Source of the DNA: Oculina patagonica
Taxonomy: Eukaryota
Direction: 5' to 3'
Assembly: GCF_052425735.1 (NCBI RefSeq)
Contig: NC_135763.1
Span: 33,914,001 to 33,978,000 of the forward strand
Length of the DNA stretch: 64,000 nucleotides
The notes under the pieces were generated by a model. That model did no database searches, had not been told where the DNA came from, and saw nothing but the letters and a program-made list of their open reading frames with translations. Shown here one piece after another: positions 36,951-47,873 of the stretch. The position numbers and the translations under genes were made by a program. How positions within the stretch are numbered: position 1 is the first letter of the stretch; the number at the start of each line of letters is the position of its first letter.

Positions 36951-37764
36951 TAACTCCCCCCCCCCCCCCCCCCCCCCCCCAGGTGATTACTTCAGCTTGT
37001 ACAATAACGAATTAATCTGTAATTTAATGCTTATAAATCATGTTTGTTATTATATAGCTAAATGTGTTCCATTGAATGAATATTTCTGTTTCATTTTCGA
37101 TAAGTTTCGAATTCTCCGGGGGAAGGGGGTAGGGGGTAGGAATAGGCAGCAAAGCCAGCTATCACCCAGTATTTTTTGCGCGCGTTGAAAGTGCGCGCTT
37201 TTCACAAGGCCTTCTCGGCATTTATATTCATTTATTCGTTCTATTTTGTGCATCAGGTGGAAAAAGAATCAAGTTACAAATCTGGGACACTGCCGGCCAG
37301 GAAAGGTAAATGAAATCCTTAATTTATATTGAAACAACAACGAAACATTTGCAATAAAGTGCGCATTTTCTTGTAGATTCCAGACCATCACGGCCACATG
37401 TTACCGTGGAGCCCAGGGTATAATGTTGGTGTATGACGTCACCGACGAAAAGTCTTTCAAGAATATTTCAAAATGGGTGCAAAAAACACAGGAGCTCGCC
37501 AACCCTAACGTTCAAAAGATGTTGGTTGCGAACAAATGCGATCTCAAAAAACAAAGACTGGTCACAAGAGAGAAAGGAGAACTGCTCGCACAAGATCTTG
37601 ACATTCGATACGCGGAAATTAGCGCTCTGTCAAATTTGAACGTAGAAGATGCATTTGCCACATTGACACAAGACGTTTTAAATAATTTTGTTTGTTCTTC
37701 CGCGGAGAGTTGGGCCACTTTAACGGTAGAGGAGACGACTAAACAGCCTTGCTGTGCACAATAG
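36243..37764 (+). CDS. Rab8/10/13-family small GTPase, copy B, 197 aa
   Basis: Exons 36243-36399, 37257-37305, 37377-37764; [35 protein letters not shown]-terminal CCAQ. Confidence 0.93.
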
Positions 37765-37948
37765 AATATTCACCAGAATTGTATGATAATAAATTATAAA
37801 TAAATGAAAATAATAAAACATTTTTAACCAAAAAATTAGAAATTGAAGTCTCCAAGTAGATAGACTCTAGGCTAGAAATGTTTGAGCTAAAATATATGTT
37901 GACTGAAAATTTCGCCTAGAGCAGGTCTGGATAGGCGCTATAAAAATG

Positions 37949-37950
<2 letters not shown>

Positions 37951-38025
<75 letters not shown>
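37951..38025. repeat. (TAT)n microsatellite
   Basis: About 25 TAT units. Confidence 0.95.
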
Positions 38026-38026
<1 letters not shown>

Positions 38027-38305
38027 ACATAAAATGAAAAAAATGCGTACACAACAAAACCGAAACTGAGAAAACAAATTTATCTAGGGATTTAACAGAT
38101 GTAAGTTCCAGCAATGGAATGAATACGCGAACCATAATGCAAAATAGAATCCCGATTTCTTGAAGCCTCGATTTCTCCAAACTTTCGATTTCTCGAACTA
38201 CTTTTCGTTTCGCTTGAATTATTGTCCTTCTCTGTAATTTTACTCCCGATTTCTCGAAGCAATTGCCCCTCAAGAGGTTCTTGAGATCGGGAGTCTGCTG
38301 AAGAG

Positions 38306-39079
38306 TAGTCCAGTCCCTGAACTCTCTCTTCCGCGCGCTTTATAGGGGTGGAACCCAGGCGCGCGAAGAGAGAGTTTGGAAAACACAAAACAGAATTCTC
38401 GTCCCCATAGCCCTTTCGTTTCTCTTAGCCGGCTTAGCACGAGAAAACGGAGGGCTCTGGGGACATAGGATTGATTGGCTGTTTGGAACAAAGAATTTCT
38501 AAACGGAAGTCGAAAACGTAACGACTCCCTCATACATTCTTTTGAAACGTCATGACTGCATACATGAAGACCGGAAGTCCTAGAATCCAGGACTGGAAAT
38601 CCTTTGTCCCCAGAGCCCTTTTTTTTCTCGTGCCAAGGCCCAGCCGGCTTAGAGAAACAAAAAGGCTATGGGGACAAGAATGATAAAACAGGTAAAGAGA
38701 GAGTCCAGGATAACTTGCATGTGCAAGCGCCGATGCGCGCCAGTTTTCCATATTTGGAAGCACTTTTGTAAACGCGTGCACAGATGAGGAGTTCAATTAC
38801 GCGACCATGTACTAAAGCAAGATCACCGAAATAACGTTAACAAAGCCTAGCTTTCTAGTCAGTGTCTACTAAAAGTTAACGGCCAAAACACAAACCGCTA
38901 TCCGTCAATTTTTTTCTAGTGTTTTGTACCTTTATATTGAATCGGTTTTTCTTGCACTGCTCAACACTGATTGATTCGTTCTGGGTATGCGCATGCAAGT
39001 TATCCTGGACACTTTCTTCATGCGCATGGGTTCAACCCCTATAAAGGCACGCGGAAGAGAGAGTTCAGGGACTGGACTA
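38306..39079. mobile_element. TAG...CTA MITE with a nested second MITE (38394-38681)
   Basis: Outer TIR TAGTCCAGTCCCTGAACTCTCT; inner TIR ATTCT(C/T)GTCCCCATAGCC with 9-bp TSD ACAAAACAG/ATAAAACAG. Confidence 0.75.
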
Positions 39080-40689
39080 ACTGCAGAGCTGATAGAAGGG
39101 TCTGAATGGGTAAAATGAGAACTGAGATTTGGGCAAATTTCACTGAGAAAATGGGATTTGGGTCACTGGGACTACGAATCTCACACAAAAATAGAACTGG
39201 GACCGAGATTTGGAAAATCGGGAAACAAAAGCCCCAGTCAAAGCCTGAATAATGATTATTATTAAAAACTAGCAATGGTATATTGCTATTCGACCTGCGT
39301 TCTGATTGGTAACGCGCAATGGTATATGAGCTCTTATATCATCAAAGTAAGTACCACCAACGTTGGTTAGGTTAAAATTACAAAAACTGAAATTAAAATT
39401 TTGCTAAGAAAGGGTACGAGCGCAAATATGAATTAATCACAAGAAACCTCTGTTGCTTGAAGAAATAGCTGCCGTGAGACGTGTACCTGAAATCGAAATG
39501 ACATTGAAAATGACATAAAAAGCATAGCACTACAGACGTATCATGCAGGGACGAGGAGTTTCATCAGCGACTGAAGTCGTGAAAACAAGTGGAAATCAAA
39601 TGTATCTTTACGATGTAGTCATGCAAAAGAAGTTAATTCGTTTCGCTTGAAAACTGTCAGTTTATTTTATCCAAAGAGTGGGTTGAATAAGAATCAAAAA
39701 TTGTTTTCTCGAATCTTTGAGTGTGACATATTTTGTTACTCATGGAATATTGTTAGGCTTTTTGGCCTGGAATTTATTGCAAGCTTACACGTTGTCACCA
39801 AGAATAAAAAGTTTATTTACGTGCTGTGCCTGTATTTTTGAGGTCATTTCTGGTAACCGTCTATTGCCTTCAATACCCGAACTCGTTTATGTGTTATAAA
39901 TGTAAGTGTAAACTTTAATAGTCATCTGCCCACAGAGATTTCAATAACGATTTACAATTAAAAAACAAAACAAACAAAACTACTCAACTCTAATATAGAC
40001 AAATAAAATTGAAATTAAATGAAATAATGATTAAAAGTTTAAAAGAAGATGGTTCCTCAGGTTCGTTTTAAAAGAGTTCAGAGATTTAGCGTTTTTTTTT
40101 ATTTTAATATCATCAGTTCCATATGTTTACGGCTTACGGCTGAATGTTCTTTGGCCTGCTGGGGTCCTGAACAGCAGAATTTGCAAGCTTTGATGTTGGC
40201 GGGTTTATTTTATTTTATTTTTAAGTACTGGTTTTTAGTGGCGCACCCCCTAATTACTTACCAAAATTGGGGCGGCCCACACCTTGAGTGGATGGCCGCA
40301 GCTACAAAATTAAGCAAGCGTATAGAGTTTCTTGGAATTATCTCTAGCAGTCGCTAATCAGAGAGCAATTTGTTAGTCATGACCATAAAGAAGATAGCAC
40401 CTAGTTTGGTCCTTGTGGCACGCCTGTTTTCGAGGGTAACAAGTCCGAAAGCGTCCCTACGACTCTCACTGCTTGGTTGGACTCCGCTTATTCTAGATTA
40501 TTGCTGTTAAAAACTAAGTAAACAAACAAACAAAGGCGGGGACAGTCTAGTGCGAAATATTACCAGTCTAAATTTTGAGATCGGGAAGCAATATTTCTCA
40601 CGTGATTCCATTTGGGACAAAAAGTTCACGTGACTATGCAAACACGCTTGTAAGTAACGCAATCCGCTGTCACATGCCTGCTACAAAAC

Positions 40690-40761
40690 ATGGCGAAAAA
40701 TTACGATTACTTAGTTAGAGATAAAGATAGTGGTGTAGGGAAGACTTGTATACTGATTTAA
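40690..40761 (+). pseudogene. Rab exon-1 remnant, copy C
   Basis: [23 protein letters not shown]; preceded by the same ~65-bp upstream block as copies D (50611) and E (57541); internal deletion and premature stop. Confidence 0.85.
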
Positions 40762-42403
40762 GAGAAAATCCGCCAGGACTTCGAGTAGTTATTGGACAAA
40801 ATTATGTACCAAAACTACTTACACCTGATTGCAAGCTTTTGTGTTACTGCTTCAAATATCTTATCGAAAGAAATCTTTTCTAACAACACCAAACATCGAA
40901 AACTAATTTCGAAGTTCCACTAAATTCCCATGAATCGCTTAAAAGATGTGAGCTTTTGACCATAGCTTGTGAACTTTGAATATCATTTTCTCAGACTCTG
41001 ATAAGAAATTGTTGTACCAGAATTATTTACACCTTATTGCAAACTTTTTTTGTTACTGCTTCAAATATCTTATCAAAAGAAATCTTTTCTAACAACACCA
41101 AACATCGAAAACAAATTTGGAAGTTCCGCTGAATTCCACTGACTCGCTTAAGACGAATTTACAAAATGGCTACACGTGCGATTTTGCCTATACCTTGTGA
41201 ACTTTGAAATTTATTTTCTTAGACTCTGATAAGAAATTGTTGTTGGTGTTATCACGGATAATTACTTACATCTTTACCTTTTATCAAGGGTAGGAAATAA
41301 CGCAATAGGATTTAAATTATTCTGGTTCCTAGTGGATTCCGTCTTAATTCGTCAAAAACACCTAGCTTTCTGTCCGACTTCGATCCGACTTTGACCGCTA
41401 CTATTGGATCACAATTCCAGATTAGATTTTAGGAACTCGGTAGAAAGTCCTGACAATCAATTAAAATCAATGAAAATTCAAATATCGAAAATCACTCAAC
41501 ACAGTGGCTTTGATTTTTATTGATTTTTAATATCAATCAATTGATTACTATCAGGAGCCCATGTTACTATTTATTTTAATTGATTACTATTGATTCTATT
41601 TATTATTGATTCTTATTGATTGAAATCGTCGGGTATAAAGTAGATAATGACCCATGACTCATGACTCACGCATGATGAAATATACGTACACAAAGCGTCA
41701 GGTCGGTTGTTTAAGGGTGCGTTTCTTTGGGAAAATCCAAAATTGGATTATTAATCTCAGATCACACGGATACTTTGCTCCCAAAGAAACGAAGAATCCG
41801 AAAACGGATTGTTTACGCGTCGCTATTTATGCACGTTGGTTCGCTGTGATTGGTGCATCCGACTAACAGATGCTGTTCCCTCAGAGGTCCGCTTTGTAGT
41901 TGAACGGCTGTTATGCTTTCTGATCGTAGGTATCCATGCTTGAGTCTTGTGTCATGTTTTTTTTGGCGCCCCGAGCCCTTCAAAAGCCCTTATTTTGCGA
42001 GATCATTTAGCGACCGGTCAAAAAAAAAGAGAGGAAGGGAAGGGAGAACTGCCTTCTCTCTCTCTTCTATTGGGAAAAGGACGGATAAGGAAGGAAGAAC
42101 GAAACAGAGGAAGGAAGGAAAAGAGAAAAGAAACGCGCGCGATGAAATCCTCTTTTATTTGTGTAGTTGCCCCCGCAGGGTTTTGGGCCCAGAGGCCAAA
42201 ACCCGAGGAGGCACCTTAGGAGTGACAATAGAAAGCAAGGGACCGCGGACGAAAATGCTGCTGTGTACGTAGGAGCTGGCGACAGCTCTAATCAGCCAAA
42301 AATAAAAATACAGAGACAAGAAAAGCAAGGCTGACACTACGTAGAAATGAAAAAACCTTAACGGGACAACGACATGATAGAGTCCAAACTGAAAGTTAAA
42401 AAT

Positions 42404-42458
42404 GCAAACTCTGGACAGCTGTTTCGACCTGATTGGGTCTCTTCAGCAGAGTGTATGC
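42404..42458 (-). ncRNA. Type I hammerhead ribozyme, mirror copy
   Basis: Exact reverse complement of 43230-43284 in the left arm of the palindrome. Confidence 0.88.
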
Positions 42459-43229
42459 CGCACAGAATAGAACAACCAGCGCAAAGACAGTTGTCTATAA
42501 AGTGCTCGTGGTAATGACAATCCGGATGGGCTCAAATTCAAACACTCGCCCATTGATCACAGCCGCGTGGCTGTTACTCAATAGGTCAAGAATTCGAAAT
42601 ATCATGTCGTTGTCTCGATAAGGAAAGTGAGAATAGACAGAACTATCCTTACACTGAAAACATGGACAAAACCATGTGAAAAACAACACTGCAAACATGG
42701 ACAGAACCATGTGAAAACAGTGAAAATGTACAGCATATCGGATCTAAAAGATCTACGGTCCAAATAAAACTAAAAGTGACAATAGAAAGCAAGGGACCGC
42801 GGACGAAAATGCTGCTGTGTACGTAGGAGCTGGCGACAGCTCTTAGAGCTGTCGCCAGCTCCTACGTACACAGCAGCATTTTCGTCCGCGGTCCCTTGCT
42901 TTCTATTGTCACTTTTAGTTTTATTTGGACCGTAGATCTTTTAGATCCGATATGCTGTACATTTTCACTGTTTTCACATGGTTCTGTCCATGTTTGCAGT
43001 GTTGTTTTTCACATGGTTTTGTCCATGTTTTCAGTGTAAGGATAGTTCTGTCTATTCTCACTTTCCTTATCGAGACAACGACATGATATTTCGAATTCTT
43101 GACCTATTGAGTAACAGCCACGCGGCTGTGATCAATGGGCGAGTGTTTGAATTTGAGCCCATCCGGATTGTCATTACCACGAGCACTTTATAGACAACTG
43201 TCTTTGCGCTGGTTGTTCTATTCTGTGCG

Positions 43230-43284
43230 GCATACACTCTGCTGAAGAGACCCAATCAGGTCGAAACAGCTGTCCAGAGTTTGC
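43230..43284 (+). ncRNA. Type I hammerhead ribozyme (minimal, palindromic stem III)
   Basis: ACTCTG-CTGAAGA-GACC(CAATCA)GGTC-GAAA-CAGCTG-TC-CAGAGT: stem I ACTCTG/CAGAGT, core CUGANGA, stem II, GAAA, GUC cleavage triplet ending at 43274. Confidence 0.88.
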
Positions 43285-43705
43285 ATTTTTGACTTTCAGT
43301 TTGGACTCTATCATGTCGTTGTCCCGTTAAGGTTTTTTCATTTCTACGTAGTGTCAGCCTTGCTTTTCTTGTCTCTGTACCTTAGGAGTCCCCGGGTGTA
43401 TACATACAAGGACAAAGAATATTTGTTGAAAAAGTAAGAAATGTGTTTGTAATGGGCGAAGCGTTCTCGTTTGACAAAACTAGGCGCGCACGGTCGTGAC
43501 GGGTAATATTTTAGCAAGCGCGCACGGTGGTGTCGGGTACTTGCAACCACGAGGTCGCGTTTCAACCTCGTCCCCAGGGCTATCCGCGTGGTACCCCCCG
43601 ACGAATGGCCCTGGTGGAGGCTGCAAAAATCTCCAGAAATCTTGGAGATTGCCTCGTTTCTAAATTGTCGCATGAGGTATGGGTCGAGTTCTTGCTTTAA
43701 AAAAA

Positions 43706-44222
43706 ATGGCGGCCATACCCCTTCTTCGAGCCTTGAACTTTGCAGTGGCGAGAAGCAATATTTTTGTGTTAGTAGAAAGTTCGTGCTCTAGAAGCAGTAT
43801 ATTTAGGTCGGGATATTCTCTGAGTGTTACCGACCAGTTTTGATTTAAGTCCTGATTTGAATTGGTTGCTATAGTACGAATGGTTTCAGTTGTGAGGAGT
43901 CGAGGTGAATATTGCGAAGAGAGACGAACTCCAAATCATGCCACATCGCTCATTGAAAAGGGACTTCCTGTGAAGTGGAAAGGTCGAGTTAGCAGGACAA
44001 GATGACCGCAGCTCGAGTGATACGATTTCGAGTGATGAAGAAGTTCGCGTTGAATTCGATCTACTTGTGCACAGAAATTAAGGGTGAGTTGCGTGTGTTG
44101 TTTGCACATCCAGAGGCGATCGTCGCTTCAAAGCAAGGGAGGTCCCTGCTCCAATCTCAGGTCTTTCAGACCATAGTGGTTGCCTGTGTTGTTGACAAAG
44201 CACATTGTATTGATAATTGGCG
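43706..44222 (+). pseudogene. RecQ-like SF2 helicase fragments
   Basis: LEAVYLGRDIL*VLPTSFDLS (43788-43850; decayed motif I, LPTGxGKS) and RVLFAHPE...VVACVVDKAHCIDNW (motifs Ib/II, DEAH); stops and frameshifts. Confidence 0.75.
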
Positions 44223-45042
44223 AGCATTGAAATAAATTTTGTTTACAAATGATCTTGGACTACATTTGTTTTTGTGTGAAGCTTAATGCCACAAGAAAAA
44301 TCGATATAGGCCCCGAGAACATAAAATTTAAAAATAGGCATTCCGACAATCTTATGAAATCACTATGATAATGATCAACATAGGCCTGCATTTTTTTTAT
44401 ATTAATGCTCTTCGTTGTCATAAATCTCCTACATTCACACTAAATGAATGCCATGCACTCTTCAGTTCGTACAGGAACCCATTATTTTCAATCAATCACT
44501 GAATTTTAACAAAATGATACGGCAGGCCTTATTTTCTGACCAAATGTGTTAGCAAGTGACAAACCTCTATATATCTCATGATCTGTCAAAGAGGTTGCAG
44601 GTTACAGCCTGCCAAGGTTTTCAATGAAATTAAAAGTACCTGGGAGCTATTTAATTAAGAAACTTCTCTGTAAAAATTATTGAGAGTACTAGGTTGCAGG
44701 TTGAACTGAGAATACTGAAAACACTGGTTATCTAAGAATTAGGCCCTTACAATTATGAAAGATGAACTGGGGTAATTATCATGATGTACACAAGACATGA
44801 AACCAAATATCAAACAGCTTTGAAAGTTTTCATAATGGAAAATAAATTCATTCAATGCCCAACAAGTTCATGAAGTGTTTTAATTAGTAACAAAAAGACA
44901 GAGACCAGTGTTCACTTACTGATAAGAATAAAATTTGATTTTTTTATCTCATTCTGACTGCTGACCATTATGTTTTGTACAAGTTACTGGGGGTAGTTCA
45001 CTCTAGCCCACTCCTCTTGACAGCTTCATGCAAAGTTCAGTG

Positions 45043-45892
45043 CATAGGCGTACGAGGCGGGGGGGCGAGGGGGGCTGCAGCCCCCCCAGCGCCGAAATTT
45101 TTCGGGCAAAATGCTCAGAATTCGGGCAATAAGCCAGGGAAAAAATTGAAAATAAGCCGACAACACGAATTACATCAACAAATAAGTATTGGAAATATAC
45201 CAAACTTTGTGGTTCAAAAGTCTAAATTTCTCATACCGCATACCATATCTTGTCTGCTTTCGTTTGCTCTCGCAAATTGCTATAATCATGTTCAATTTCT
45301 CTCGAAAATTCTGTGTGACCCCTCAGTTTGATTCAGTTGTAATCATTTTGAAGTAAGTGGGAAATTGGCAAGGGCGACCAGAAGTTAGGATTTTCCATAG
45401 CTTAAGGGCTTGCGCACGATGGATCCAGTGTAAGACGTCCTTACAACAAAGCTGTTAAAAATGTGATGGAGCTAATACTCTGATAATGCTTTTGACTCAA
45501 ACGTTTAGTTAGTTCTAAGGGCTAGCCTAAAACTTTCAACGAATATTTTAACCCATTTACCCCTCAATGTTTCAACCGCTTTTCTATAACTTTCAAGTGG
45601 GCGAAAACAATGTAAATTGGCTCCCCCAAAAAACTTTAATTAATATTTTCTGAACTAGAGTGAATAAATAAAATTTTTCCGAAGAAAAAGGATTCAGTGC
45701 ATTGACATCTTCGTACAAGGTCGCGAATTTAATTAGAGAACTTTAAGCAGGCAAGGTTTTTACACAACTATTTCAATGCATTTTTTTTGTCCATTTTATA
45801 TGCCTCTTTATTCGCGTTCAACGCATGCCATTTTTTTTTTCGGGCAATAAGGTCTCCGCCCCCCCAGGTCCGAAGCTGCCCGTACGCCTATG
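45043..45892. mobile_element. hAT-type MITE, 8-bp TSD, nested in AcademH-like element
   Basis: TIR CATAGGCGTACG; TSD GTTCAGTG (45035-45042, 45893-45900). Confidence 0.85.
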
Positions 45893-46512
45893 GTTCAGTG
45901 TGTTATATTTCAAGATATTTTTGTGCCACAAGTTGTTCATGTGATTCTGAAAAAGAGTCACAGTACTATGTGTCTTGGTACAATAACCTGCAGGACAACA
46001 CTATTTATAAATTTTAGTTTTATCTTGGATAACAGCTTTTACATGGGAATTAAGTTCCCCCTGCTATTATCCTTCCACTAGTAGTTATTATATATTTTAT
46101 TATTTTTAATTGTAAATATTTATTTTTATGGGGAATCTTTTAAATAAATAAATAACACAAAAACGAACCAATAAAGTGTAAGCAAATTGTTATCTATGAC
46201 ATGCAACCAGGTTATTTTAGCTGCAATGACTGTATGCAGTTTGGGGGGAAGGGGTAAGACATAAACAACAAACCAATATTCACAACTTTTTAATTTATGC
46301 CATCTTTACTTGTTAAGTCGTTCCCATATTACTCAGTGGGTGTTACAAAAAGAACTATAATGTAGTACTTGGAGTATCATCTGGTCAAATCACCTACTTT
46401 AGATACTTTTGGGCATTTACCCTTCACAGCAAGTAAAGAAGTCCATTGCATAATCTTACAGTTTCACAGGCTTCAAATGAGGTCATGAATCTTGGTTTTA
46501 AATTATTTCTAA

Positions 46513-47402
46513 GAGACCGGCCATTATTTATTCAGAGGGGGGAGGGAAAAAAGAAGGGGGGTCAAGGCTATTTCATACAGGAGGTCAAGGCTATTTTAAG
46601 AGGGGGGCTTAAAACAGTTAAATGGTAAAGTGAAATGTCAGTAATGCTAAATTTTACAATTTTATGCTAATTCTATTGTAGGGCTTTCCACAAGTTGCTC
46701 GAGATTTCCCAAAAAGTTGCCCGTAATTTCTCAAAAAGTTGCTCAAAAGTTGCTCCAAAAATCAAAAAAGTTGCTTCTGACAATAAAAGTTGCTCGAAAG
46801 TTGCTCCAAAAAATCCAAAGCGCTGCTTCTAATCAAGATAAATTCTCTAAATATATGCTAATTTCCCTTTGAGGGTAATATTTCTTAGCAGTTTTATGCA
46901 ATTTTACAGCAAAAGAAGTATCTTAATAACATATTAAGGGGAAAATTTGTTAAATAACAAGGATTTCTTTAACTGAGAAAAATCGTGAAGATATCGATGA
47001 CGTCATGTTTGCTGACGAGTTTTGTAATGGTTTAAACCAGATAGAGCAGAAAGTTAAAACGTCTTCAGATGTTCCTCGGAAGTCTTCGGCAAACTTCGTA
47101 AATCTTCGGAAACGTTCGTATTGCCTTTGAACAACACTCGGATAACCTTCGGAGATCTTCGGTCTGGAAATTGCCCAAAATGCAACAAGTTGCTCGAGAG
47201 GAAAAAAGTTGCTCGAAGGGGAAAAAGTTGCTCGAATCCTAAAAAGTTGCTAAAAAGTTGCCGAGCAACTTGTGGAAAGCCCTATTCTATTGTTTTCTTT
47301 TTTTTTTAACTCCACCATTATGTACAACTTAGTGATTTGTATTTTAAAGAAATACTGTTTGCTCTCTAAACTCCATTGTTATCTCAAATTTTAGTTACTG
47401 AA

Positions 47403-47434
<32 letters not shown>

Positions 47435-47873
47435 TTTATAATTATCTGCTAATATTTGGTTTGACTGAAATTATTTTCTTTTAACAAAATGATTGTCACT
47501 GCAATAGCCCAAGAAGTAATTAAACATGATATAACAACAAGAAAGAAGTCCTTTTTAATACAACTGTAGGAAAATAATAGGAAAAAACTATATTTTGCAT
47601 GGTTATTACATTTGTGTTCACCATGAAAGCATAATTTGTAATATCTGTCACTTTTCCAAAGTTTAGAAAACTAATCATTTTATAATTGTATGTAATATGC
47701 ATTTAAATAAGAGGAGCTATGAGGTGAGGGAGGAGGGGGCATCACATAAATTTGAATAAAGATGGGGGTCACTTGCTACTTACATGACCTGGAGGGGTGC
47801 CTTACAGAAATTTTTGATCTTTTTAACATATTTTTCCCTCCCCCTCCCCTCTACATAAATAATGACCGGCCCC
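46513..47873. mobile_element. PIF/Harbinger-type MITE (TAA TSD) nested in AcademH-like element
   Basis: TAA|GAGACCGGCCATTATTTAT...ATAAATAATGACCGGCCCC|TAA; contains the hAT MITE 46679-47284 and a short (TTAGGG)n run at ~47403-47434. Confidence 0.7.
46679..47284. mobile_element. hAT-type MITE, same family as 681-1269, opposite orientation
   Basis: TIR TAGGGCTTTCCACAAGTTGCTCG; TSD TTCTATTG (46671-46678, 47285-47292). Confidence 0.92.

Larger units (their letters stand above)
42224..43378. mobile_element. Penelope-like/retrozyme-type insertion: 535-bp-arm palindrome plus 69-bp terminal redundancy, 11-bp TSD
   Basis: Arms 42309-42843 and 42845-43379 (one mismatch seen); 42221-42289 = 42775-42843; ACCTTAGGAGT at 42213-42223 and 43379-43389; a hammerhead ribozyme in each arm. 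Confidence 0.85.

Noticed and set aside
36914-36980. Poly-G / poly-C hairpin or G-quadruplex in Rab B intron 1
   Set aside because: Long homopolymers are common assembly artefacts or MITE remnants here (several G/C runs elsewhere); no independent support.
40790-41245. Imperfect ~210-230 bp tandem duplication
   Set aside because: Real but non-coding, with no ribozyme or tRNA motif seen; likely a local duplication within a decayed repeat.
42433-43255. Mirror-image ORF pairs (62 aa and 71 aa) in the ORF track
   Set aside because: By-products of the palindrome; no recognisable domain.
47403-47434. Telomere or chromosome-fusion signature from TTAGGG repeats (also ~22650)
   Set aside because: Only 2-5 units; the 47403 run is inside a MITE.
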